Source: Candidatus Latescibacterota bacterium (GTDB lineage: Bacteria > Latescibacterota > UBA2968 > UBA8231). From it: a DNA stretch of 64,000 nucleotides. The notes under the pieces were generated by a model. The model saw only the letters and a list, made by a program, of their open reading frames with translations, was not told the DNA's origin and did not search any database. Numbering within the stretch: the stretch's first letter is position 1; each line of letters opens with the position of its first letter. The stretch covers positions 3,616,001 through 3,680,000 of the forward strand of contig OZ244561.1 of NCBI GenBank assembly GCA_965217585.1. The letters are read 5' to 3'. The position numbers and the translations under genes are program-made. This document shows positions 28,296-37,062 of the stretch, piece by piece.

Positions 28296-30470
28296 TCACA
28301 AGCTCTCCTCGATTATCGCTACCAGCGCGTCTGCATTCCCCCTGAAGCCCTCATGCTCCACGATCAGCCCTTGTAAATCAACCAAGTAATACGAAGGTAT
28401 GCCCATCACTTGGTAGGTTTTGGTTACCTCCGAGCCAGAGCCGGCCCGCACGTGGACACCTTCGATTTTGTGTTTATCAATCGCCTCTCGCCAATCGTCC
28501 TCATCCGCGTCCAGCGATATGTTGAGGAAGACGACCGGCCAGTCGGCCGTTTTTTCTTTGACTTTGCGGAGATAGGGCAGGTCGTTGATACACGGCCCGC
28601 ACCAACTCGCCCAGAAGTCGAGCAGAACCACTTGGCCCTTGAATTGGCTCAGCGATACGGACTGGCCGTCGAGGTCGTCGAGGGTAAAGTCGGGTGCGGG
28701 TTGGCCGGGTTGCAGCTTCAGGGCGGCAGCCAGAGCCACTAGGACGGCCTCATTGTATTCTGGATACGGGTTGATCTGTTGGAACTCTTCCCACTTGCGC
28801 TGGGCCCACTCAGCAAAGGCTTCACTGCGATCGTGCTTGAACCTATTGATCATCTCTCCGGCTAAAAACCAGTAGAGCACTCTCCCTTCGAGTTTTTCTT
28901 TGGCCAGATTGTAGCTAGACCCAAACCGGGGTCCTCTGTCGGCATAGATCGAGTCGAGTTGGGCTTGGACGGCTTCCGACAGCTCCAAGCCCGATAGATC
29001 GATCTTCGCCGACAGGCCGAGCGGTTGACGATGTTCGTACATCGAGTCGAGCTGAGCCTGAGCGGCTGCCGACAGTTCCAAGCTCGATAGATCGATCTTC
29101 GCCGACAGCTTGGGCGGCTCTTTGGATAGGGAATCCAACCGTACTCCAGAAGGTATGTGGAGTACCAACTCTCCGCCCGTCGTATCCGCCCTAGGCTTTT
29201 CTTCCTCACTGAACCAGTAGAAGTTGAGGGACCTATCGGACTTTTCGTACAGGGAGTCGAGTTGCGCTTGGGCGCTTTCCGCAACGCCAAACGCCGACAA
29301 ATCGTACCGCTCGGATAGCTTGAGCCATCGTCCCTCCTTTTCGTACAGGGAGTCGAGTTGCGCTTGAGCACTCGCCGAAACACCAAACGCCGACAAATCG
29401 ACCATTTTCGACAGCACGGACTGTCGTCCCTCCTTTTCGTACAGAGAGTCGAGTTGCGCTTGGGTCGCCTCCGACAATTCCAAACCCGACAAATCGTACC
29501 GCTCGGATAGCGTGGGAGATCTTTCTACGAAACCCTTCTGGTATTCCCAGCCTAGGGTGCGTTCCAGAAACCGGCGATAATGAGCTATGCCTATGGCCTT
29601 TTCGTCCACTAGGGGAAATTCCTGCAGGAAGTCGTAGTACTCCGGGGGGATGTCTCTGTTCTGGCGTCCGTTGGCAAACTGGTAACTCGTCGGGTAATTA
29701 ACCATCCTAACGGCCCACTCGTAGTTGACGTAGTCCGTCACATAGTCGATGCACCCTAAAGACAGCGCGTATTGCTCGCGTCCCTCGGCCAAGAACTCGA
29801 ACTGATCCCGCCGCCACTGTTCCATTAGGCGCTTGAAATCCTCGACCTCCAGACCCTTGTATGCGTCGCGGTCGAGGCGTAGGGAGTAGAATAGCGGGAT
29901 CCACTTGGAAGTGAAGCGGCTGTTGTCTGCGTTGGAGCCGCTGAACGAATAGGAACGGACGAAAAAGCCTTCCTCCATGGCCACGTGCAGACTGTCGCCG
30001 GGTTCGACGAAGAGAGTTAGGAATCTGTGCTCGAAAAAGAACGATCCTAACCACCTGTGCTCGAAAAGGAACGATCCTAACCACTGTACCCATTGCCATC
30101 TCGGTTCCCCGCCTTCGAAATACCCCCAGACGAGGGTCCCTCGGACGACGGGCAGCTCAAGGGCGAAGCGATCCAAGCTGTCGAGCGTGACGCGCTGCTC
30201 AGAGCTTTCCAGCGCCGACGGCGATTCGTATCTAAATGTGATTTTCCGCGAGCGAGGATCTTGGACTTCGCCGGTGATGATCACAACCGATGGCTGGCTC
30301 TGAGTACTGTCTGCGTCCAAACGAGGACTCGCTACCATGCTTTCGCTGCTCACCATGGTAGGCGTTGCGGGACTCTCCTGGGCCGCCCAGCCCTCGGCGA
30401 AATCCCACGTTAAGTCAGAGACTCCGTGTGGAGCGGCCACCAACAACATTGCAAAGAGAACGCGGCGCAT
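28296..30470 (-). CDS. TlpA-family oxidoreductase with five internal helical repeats (copy 2)
   Basis: DFWASWCGPC; LFVEPGDSLHV N-domain; 5x LS...DLS.L.LS...QAQLDSLY; FG-GAP-type signal peptide. Confidence 0.85.
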   Translation of the reverse strand: MRRVLFAMLLVAAPHGVSDLTWDFAEGWAAQESPATPTMVSSESMVASPRLDADSTQSQPSVVIITGEVQDPRSRKITFRYESPSALESSEQRVTLDSLDRFALELPVVRGTLVWGYFEGGEPRWQWVQWLGSFLFEHRWLGSFFFEHRFLTLFVEPGDSLHVAMEEGFFVRSYSFSGSNADNSRFTSKWIPLFYSLRLDRDAYKGLEVEDFKRLMEQWRRDQFEFLAEGREQYALSLGCIDYVTDYVNYEWAVRMVNYPTSYQFANGRQNRDIPPEYYDFLQEFPLVDEKAIGIAHYRRFLERTLGWEYQKGFVERSPTLSERYDLSGLELSEATQAQLDSLYEKEGRQSVLSKMVDLSAFGVSASAQAQLDSLYEKEGRWLKLSERYDLSAFGVAESAQAQLDSLYEKSDRSLNFYWFSEEEKPRADTTGGELVLHIPSGVRLDSLSKEPPKLSAKIDLSSLELSAAAQAQLDSMYEHRQPLGLSAKIDLSGLELSEAVQAQLDSIYADRGPRFGSSYNLAKEKLEGRVLYWFLAGEMINRFKHDRSEAFAEWAQRKWEEFQQINPYPEYNEAVLVALAAALKLQPGQPAPDFTLDDLDGQSVSLSQFKGQVVLLDFWASWCGPCINDLPYLRKVKEKTADWPVVFLNISLDADEDDWREAIDKHKIEGVHVRAGSGSEVTKTYQVMGIPSYYLVDLQGLIVEHEGFRGNADALVAIIEESL
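30025..30084. repeat. in-frame 30-bp tandem duplication
   Basis: Encodes WLGSFLFEHR-WLGSFFFEHR; absent from the sister TlpA. Confidence 0.85.
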
Positions 30471-30530
30471 TGTTTACCTCCAGAGTTTGTGGTCGTGCGG
30501 TTTAGCTTCCTCATCTCCAAGCCCTATCGC

Positions 30531-32660
30531 CTATTCGAGTTTGACCATTTTGCGGGAGTGCGTCTGCTCGTCCACCTGCAAGCGATACACATAGACTCCG
30601 GCGGCGACGGGGCGACCCTGCGCGTCTCGGCCATCCCAAGTTAGCTGGTGCTCGCCAGCGGGCAGCGGACCCGTCCACACTCGGCGCATCGGCTGCCCTA
30701 GGACGTTGTAGATGGTTAAGTCCACGTTCTTAGCGCCGGCGGGTACGGCCAAGGGGATGGTTGTGGCGGGATTGAACGGGTTGGGATAGTTGGCACCGAG
30801 GGCAAAGGTCGTTGGCGTGGCTGCCGTCTCGCTGGCTACGGCTGTGGCCGGAGTGCCTTGGTTGATAAAGACGAAGACGCCGCCGTGGTCGCTTGTCGGA
30901 CTTGTTCCCAGCACGACCAGATCGGTGTCGCCATCGCCGTTGACATCGCTGGCGAGCACCTGATTGCCCTCGCTTGGCAGGGGGTAGTAGCCTTCGAGGA
31001 CGGGTGCGCCGTTGCGCTGGCCGAGCAGCACCACCAGCGCCGGACCGACGGTCGAGTTGCCAGCGATCATGGCCACATCCAGTACGCCATCGCCGTTGAC
31101 ATCGCTGGCGGTGGCCTCTGACGGGAGCACCTTCCAGTCGAGCAAGGAATGGCGTGCCAATCCGCCGGAGGCATCCAGACGCCACAGAGCCAAGCCGTAG
31201 TAGTCGAATTCGAATTCGCGGAACGGATCTATGCTCTCGGAGGAGCCGAGTAGATCCACCATTCCATCGCCATCAAAGTCGGCCAGTAGATGAAGGCCAC
31301 AAGGATTGATCGGGGCCGCAAAAGAGAGCGGCGGTTCCTCGATGGCGGCCCACGGCTGGGTCAGTTGCCAAAAGTCTTGATCTTGAGGCTCAAAGCAGCT
31401 CCCATTCCACAATAGGCTCGCAGCTTCGCCGAGGGGTTGTACGGTGGGCAGCCAGGAAAAGATGAGCCCCTCCTCGCTGCCGAGGACGAAGGTATCGCTA
31501 TTGACAAAGTCGTAGCCGTCGTTGATCCACATAATCACTTCTTGGTAAAGAATATCGCCGACCAACAAGTCCACATCGCCGTCGCCGTCGCCATCGGCCA
31601 AGCGAAGGAGCCAGACATCGAACAGTTGCAAAATGGGATCAAAGCCGCCGCCCCAGTTGTACCACACTTCGACGGTCCCCCCCCATCGGTCTTCAACGAC
31701 CAAATCGAGGAGTCCATCGCCGTCGAAGTCGCTTCCCTGGAGGTTCATGCTTGGAGGGTCTTCAGCGGGTTCGGTTGAGAGGAGGAACTCTTGGGTGGGT
31801 TCAAAGCCGCCTAGTCCGTCGTTGGACGCCACAATCCAGCCCAGTTGTCTTTCGCGGTCCACGAGGCGGTGCCAGGCCGCCACGAGATCCGCGTCGCCAT
31901 CGCCATCTACATCGCCCACCGCTCCGAACGATTCTTCCCGGTGGCCTTGCACAATGCTTGGGATGCCGATGCCCTCGCCGAGCGGAAAAAAGTCGGGTTC
32001 GGCGAACAGCGCACCAGGCGGCCCCAACCCCACACCGAGATCCCGAGGCGACAATTCTCCTTGCGCCAGCTCTTCGGCTCCCGTGAGCTGGATCCAGTCT
32101 ATTTCTAAAAACTTGGGATGGTTGTCTATATCCCAAGAGTCTCGGTATAACATCATGTCTATACTGATAGTATAGAGGGTGTCCTGCCAGATGATCTCCC
32201 GCTCTTGGTCTGCTGCCAAGGCGCGTGGATCTAGGGTGATTTCTTCCCATTCGATGGGATAGGGTTGCAGACCTGTCCCCGTGACACTAGGCCTCTCTTT
32301 AGGGTCTTTAGGGTGGCGTCTTTGCTCGGCGTTAGACCAGTACATCTTGAGTGGCCCCTCAGTGGGGCTATGGTGGATGAGGCGCAGCCGTAGGGTGAGG
32401 CGGTCGAACAGGGCCGAGTCTTGACCAATTAGCGGCGCGCGCAATTCAACAGTGGGTCTGCGACCCGGTACCGGCGCAATGCGCCAGACGCCATCGACGA
32501 TTTCGGTCTGTAGTGGGTCGTTACTGCCTAGTTTGTTGCTATAACTAGCACTTTCCAGGGCGGTCCAGCCCCAGGTGGAGCCGTCGTCGAAATCCCACGT
32601 TAGGGCAAAGGCTCCGCATGGAGCGGCCACCAATAGAATTGCAAAGAGAACGCGGCGCAT
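30531..32660 (-). CDS. FG-GAP repeat surface protein (copy 5)
   Basis: Same architecture as 26114-28210. Confidence 0.85.
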   Translation of the reverse strand: MRRVLFAILLVAAPCGAFALTWDFDDGSTWGWTALESASYSNKLGSNDPLQTEIVDGVWRIAPVPGRRPTVELRAPLIGQDSALFDRLTLRLRLIHHSPTEGPLKMYWSNAEQRRHPKDPKERPSVTGTGLQPYPIEWEEITLDPRALAADQEREIIWQDTLYTISIDMMLYRDSWDIDNHPKFLEIDWIQLTGAEELAQGELSPRDLGVGLGPPGALFAEPDFFPLGEGIGIPSIVQGHREESFGAVGDVDGDGDADLVAAWHRLVDRERQLGWIVASNDGLGGFEPTQEFLLSTEPAEDPPSMNLQGSDFDGDGLLDLVVEDRWGGTVEVWYNWGGGFDPILQLFDVWLLRLADGDGDGDVDLLVGDILYQEVIMWINDGYDFVNSDTFVLGSEEGLIFSWLPTVQPLGEAASLLWNGSCFEPQDQDFWQLTQPWAAIEEPPLSFAAPINPCGLHLLADFDGDGMVDLLGSSESIDPFREFEFDYYGLALWRLDASGGLARHSLLDWKVLPSEATASDVNGDGVLDVAMIAGNSTVGPALVVLLGQRNGAPVLEGYYPLPSEGNQVLASDVNGDGDTDLVVLGTSPTSDHGGVFVFINQGTPATAVASETAATPTTFALGANYPNPFNPATTIPLAVPAGAKNVDLTIYNVLGQPMRRVWTGPLPAGEHQLTWDGRDAQGRPVAAGVYVYRLQVDEQTHSRKMVKLE

Positions 32661-32720
32661 TGTTTACCTCCAGAGTTTGTGGTCGTGTGGTTTAGATTTC
32701 TCAGCTTCAAGCCCTGTCGC

Positions 32721-34826
32721 CTATTCGAGTTTGACCATTTTGCGGGTGCGCGTCTGGTCGTCCACCTGCAACCGATACATATAGACTCCGGCGGCGACGG
32801 GATGGCCCCGCGCGTCGCGGCCATCCCAAGTCAGCTCGTGCTCGCCAGCGGGCAGCGGCCCCGTCCACACTTGGCGCATCGGCTGCCCTAGGACATTGTA
32901 AATGGTTAAGTCCACGTTCTTGGCTCCGGCGGGTACGGCCAAGGGGATGGTTGTGGCGGGATTGAACGGGTTAGGGTAGTTGGCACCGAGGGCAAAGGCC
33001 GTTGGCGTGGTCGCCTCGGCCGCTACGGCGGTGGCCGGGGTGCCTTGGTTGACCAAGACGAAGACGCCGCCGAGGCCGCTTGCCGGATTCGTTCCCAGCA
33101 CGACCAGATCGGTGTCGCCATCGCCGTTTACGTCGCTGGCGAGCACCTGATTGCCCTCGCCGGGCAGGGGGTAGTAGCCTTCGAGGACGGGCACGCCATT
33201 GCGCTGGCCGAGTAATACTACCAATGCCGGACCGACGGTCGAGTTGCCAGCGATTAGGGCCACATCCAGCACGCCATCGCCGTTGAGGTCACTGGCGCTG
33301 GCCACTGACGGGAGCACCTTCCAGTCGAGCAAGGAATCGCGCGTCCACCCGCCGGAGGCGTCCAGACGCCACAGGGCTAAGCCGTAGTAGTCGGTGTTGC
33401 CAAGGAACGTATCTATGCTCTCATGGGAGCCGAGTAGGTCCACCATCCCATCGCCATCGAGATCGGCCCGCAGGTGCAGAGCACAGGGATTGACCACGGC
33501 CTCGACAGTGAGCGGCGGTTCTTGGACGGCGGCCCACGGCCGAGTCAGTTGCCAGGAGTTTTGGGAATCATAACAGGATCCGTTCCACAATAGGGTCGCG
33601 GCTTCGCCGAGGGGTTGCCCGGCGGATAGGTAGGCCCAGCGCGACTCCTCGCTGCCGAGGACGAAGGTATCGCTATCGACAAAGTCGTAGCCGTCGTTGA
33701 TCCACATAATCACTTGGGACGGAGCATCGCCAACCAACAAGTCCACATCGCCGTCGCCGTCGCCATCGGCCAAGCCAACGAGCGCGACGCCGGACAGTTG
33801 CAGGGTGGGATCAAAGCCGCCGCCCCAGTTATACCACAGTTCGACGATCCCCCTTTCGGCAGTGACCAAATCGAGGAGTCCATCGCCGTCGAAGTCGCTC
33901 CCCCGGAGGTCATTAAATGGACCATACTCAGAAGAGGGTATGGTTGAGAGGGGGACCTCTTGGGTGGGCTCAAAGCGGCCTAGCCCGTCGTTGGACGCCA
34001 CCGTCCAGCCCAGTTGTATTTCGCGGTCCATGAGGCGGTTCCAGAGCACCACGAGATCCGCATCGCCATCGCCGTCTACGTCGCCCACCGCGCCGCGCGA
34101 TCTTGGCCGACTGCTTTGCCAAATGTCTGGGGCACCGATGCCTTCGCCTAGCGGAAAAAAGTCGGGTTCGGCGAATAGCGTGCCGGGCGGCCCCAACTCC
34201 ACACCGAGATCCTCTGGCGACAATTCCCCCTGCGCCAACTCTTCGGTCCCTGTGAGCTGGATCCAGTCTAGTTCTAAAAACTTGGGATGGTTGTCCACGT
34301 CCTGCGAGTCCCGATATAACAGCATGTCTATCTGAAAATTGAAGAGGGTATCCTGCCAGGTGATCGCCCATTCTGTGTCTGCTTCTGCCAAGGCGCGTAG
34401 ATCTACGGTGATGTCTTCCCATTCGAGGGGATAAGATTGAGTACGGCCCGTACAAAGCAGCCCGTTTGTGCCAGAGTCAGAGAGGCGTCTGTACGCGGCG
34501 TTGGACCAGCATATCGAGAATAGTTCCTCGGTGGGGCTATGGTGTATGATGCGCAGCCGGAGGGTGAGGCGGTCGAACAGAGCCGAGTCTTTGCCGATCA
34601 ACGGCGAGCGCAATTGAACGGTGGGTCTGCGACCCGGCACGGGCGCAATGCGCCAGACGCCATCGACGATTTCGCTGTGTAATGGCTCTCTACTACCTCT
34701 TATATTGCTATCATCACCTTCCCGGGCGGTCCAGCCATAGGTAGAGCCGTCGTCGAAATCCCACGTTAGGGCAACCGCTCCGCGCGGAGCGAGCAACAAT
34801 AAAATTGCCAAGAACATGTAGCGCAT
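32721..34826 (-). CDS. FG-GAP repeat surface protein (copy 4)
   Basis: Same architecture as the other copies. Confidence 0.85.
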   Translation of the reverse strand: MRYMFLAILLLLAPRGAVALTWDFDDGSTYGWTAREGDDSNIRGSREPLHSEIVDGVWRIAPVPGRRPTVQLRSPLIGKDSALFDRLTLRLRIIHHSPTEELFSICWSNAAYRRLSDSGTNGLLCTGRTQSYPLEWEDITVDLRALAEADTEWAITWQDTLFNFQIDMLLYRDSQDVDNHPKFLELDWIQLTGTEELAQGELSPEDLGVELGPPGTLFAEPDFFPLGEGIGAPDIWQSSRPRSRGAVGDVDGDGDADLVVLWNRLMDREIQLGWTVASNDGLGRFEPTQEVPLSTIPSSEYGPFNDLRGSDFDGDGLLDLVTAERGIVELWYNWGGGFDPTLQLSGVALVGLADGDGDGDVDLLVGDAPSQVIMWINDGYDFVDSDTFVLGSEESRWAYLSAGQPLGEAATLLWNGSCYDSQNSWQLTRPWAAVQEPPLTVEAVVNPCALHLRADLDGDGMVDLLGSHESIDTFLGNTDYYGLALWRLDASGGWTRDSLLDWKVLPSVASASDLNGDGVLDVALIAGNSTVGPALVVLLGQRNGVPVLEGYYPLPGEGNQVLASDVNGDGDTDLVVLGTNPASGLGGVFVLVNQGTPATAVAAEATTPTAFALGANYPNPFNPATTIPLAVPAGAKNVDLTIYNVLGQPMRQVWTGPLPAGEHELTWDGRDARGHPVAAGVYMYRLQVDDQTRTRKMVKLE

Positions 34827-34851
34827 AGCTTTTCTCCAGAGGTCGGCTCGC

Positions 34852-34885
34852 CTATTCGAGTTTGACCATTTTGCGGGTGCGCGTC
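34852..34885 (-). pseudogene. 3' remnant of an FG-GAP paralog (TRTRKMVKLE*)
   Basis: CTATTCGAGTTTGACCATTTTGCGGGTGCGCGTC, including the stop codon, downstream of the TlpA stop. Confidence 0.8.
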
Positions 34886-34922
34886 GTGCTTAATTAAACC
34901 GCATTGATCTTAAAACGGCTTC

Positions 34923-37001
34923 TCACAAGCTCTTCTCGATCGTCGCTACAGTCGCGTCTGTATTCCCCCTGAGGCCATGATGCTCCACGATCAGCCCTTG
35001 GGAGTCCACCAAGTAATACGAAGGTATGCCACTCACTTGGTAGGTTTTGGCTACCTCCGCATTCCAGCCGTCCGCCCGCACGTGGACGCCTTTGATCTCG
35101 TGTTTATCAATCGCCTCTCGCCAATCAGCCTCATCCGCGTCCAGCGATATGTTGAGGAAGACGACCGGCCAGTCGGCCGTTTTTTCCTTGACTTGGCGGA
35201 GATAGGGCAGGTCGCCGATACACGGCACGCACCAACTCGCCCAGAAGTCGAGCAGAACCACCTGCCCCTTGAACTGGCTCAGCGATACGGGTTGGTCGTC
35301 GAGATTAGGGAAGGTGAATTCGGGCGCGGGTTGTCCGGGTTGCAGCTTCATAGCTCTATCCAGAACCGCTTGGACGGCCTCATTGTACTCTGGGTGCGGG
35401 TTGATCTGCTGGAAATCTTCCCACTTGCGCTGGGCCGCTGCAAAGCCTGCACTGCCACTGCGCTTGAGCGTATTGATCAGCTCTCCGGCTAAAAACCAGT
35501 AGAGCACTCTCCCTTCCAGTTTTTCTTTAGCCAGATCGTATCTAGTAGGCCCAAACCACTGTCCGCTTTCGGCATAGATCGAGTCGAGTTGCGCTTGGGC
35601 GGCGTCCGCCAGCCCCAAGCCCGATAGATCGATCTTCGCCGATAGCTCGAGCGGTTGACGATGTTCGTACAGGGAGTCGAGTTGCGCTTGGGCGGCGTCC
35701 GACAGCCCCAAGCCCGACAGATCGATCTTCGCCGACAGCTTGGGAGGCTCTTTGGCGAGGGAATCCAACCGTACTCCACGAGGTATGTAGAACACCAACG
35801 CTCCGTCCGTCGTATCCGCCCTAGGCGACTTCTCTTCCTCACTTAATAACGGGTAGATGTTAAGGGACCTAGCGGACTTTTCGTACAGAGAGTCGAGTTG
35901 CGCCTGGGCACTCGCCGAAACACCAAACGCCGACAAATCGTACAGTTCGGACAGCTTGAGCCATCGGCCATCCTTTTCGTACAGGGAATCAACCTGGGCT
36001 TGGGCACTCGCCGAAACACCAAATGCCGACAAAGCGACCATTTTCGACAGCACGGGCTGGCGGCCGTCCTTTTCGTACAGGGAGTCGAGTTGCGCTTGGG
36101 TCTCCTCCGATAACTCCAAACCCGATAGATCGTACATCTTGGACAGCTTGGGGTTATCGTCATGGTCATGGTCTTCTCCCCAGCCGAGGGTGCGCTCCAG
36201 AAACCAGCGATATTGGGCTACGCCTATGGCCTTTTCGTCCACTAGGGGAAACTCCTGTAGGAAGTCGTAGTACTCCGGGGTGATGTCTCTGTTCTCGCGT
36301 CCGTTGGCAAACTGGTAGTTCGTCGGGTAATTAAACATCCTATTAGCCCACTCATAGTTGACGTAGGCCGTCACATAGTCGATGCACCCTGAAGACAGCG
36401 CGTATTGCTCGCGCCCTGCGGCCAAGGACTCGAACTGATCCCGCCGCCACTGTTCCATTAGGCGAGAAAACTCTTCTAACTCCAGACCCTCGTATTCGAG
36501 GCGTAAGGGGTGGGATCGCGGGCTCCACTTGGAAGTAAAGCGGCTGTTTTCCGCGTTGGAGCCGCTGAACGAGTAGGAAGGACCGAAAAAGCCCTCCTCC
36601 ACGGCCACGTGCAGACTGTCGCCGGGTTCGACGAAGAGCGTTAGGGAATTGGGATCAGAGAAGAAGGCGTCTAGCCACTGCACCCATTGCCATCTCGGCT
36701 GCCTGCCTTCGAAATACCCCCTGACGAAGGTCCCTCGGACGACAGGCAGCTCAAAGGCGAAGCGATCTAGGCTGTCGAGCGTGACGCGCTGCCCGGAGCC
36801 TTCCAGCGCCGCCGGCGATTCGTACCTAAATGTGATTTCCCGCGAGCGAGGATCCTGGACTTCGCCGGTGATGATCGCAACCGATGGCTGGTTCTGAGCG
36901 CTTTCTGCAGCCAGATCAACACTCGACGCCATGATTTCGCTGTGCACTGAGGCTCCGTGTAGAGCCGCCAACAATCCAATCGCTAAGAGAATGCGGCGCA
37001 T
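34923..37001 (-). CDS. TlpA-family oxidoreductase with five internal helical repeats (copy 1)
   Basis: DFWASWCVPC; start MRRILL after GGAGG; paralog of 28296-30470. Confidence 0.85.
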   Translation of the reverse strand: MRRILLAIGLLAALHGASVHSEIMASSVDLAAESAQNQPSVAIITGEVQDPRSREITFRYESPAALEGSGQRVTLDSLDRFAFELPVVRGTFVRGYFEGRQPRWQWVQWLDAFFSDPNSLTLFVEPGDSLHVAVEEGFFGPSYSFSGSNAENSRFTSKWSPRSHPLRLEYEGLELEEFSRLMEQWRRDQFESLAAGREQYALSSGCIDYVTAYVNYEWANRMFNYPTNYQFANGRENRDITPEYYDFLQEFPLVDEKAIGVAQYRWFLERTLGWGEDHDHDDNPKLSKMYDLSGLELSEETQAQLDSLYEKDGRQPVLSKMVALSAFGVSASAQAQVDSLYEKDGRWLKLSELYDLSAFGVSASAQAQLDSLYEKSARSLNIYPLLSEEEKSPRADTTDGALVFYIPRGVRLDSLAKEPPKLSAKIDLSGLGLSDAAQAQLDSLYEHRQPLELSAKIDLSGLGLADAAQAQLDSIYAESGQWFGPTRYDLAKEKLEGRVLYWFLAGELINTLKRSGSAGFAAAQRKWEDFQQINPHPEYNEAVQAVLDRAMKLQPGQPAPEFTFPNLDDQPVSLSQFKGQVVLLDFWASWCVPCIGDLPYLRQVKEKTADWPVVFLNISLDADEADWREAIDKHEIKGVHVRADGWNAEVAKTYQVSGIPSYYLVDSQGLIVEHHGLRGNTDATVATIEKSL

Positions 37002-37062
37002 AATACACCTCCAGAGTTTGTGGTAGTGTGGTTTAGCTTCTTCATCTCCAGGCCCCATCCGC

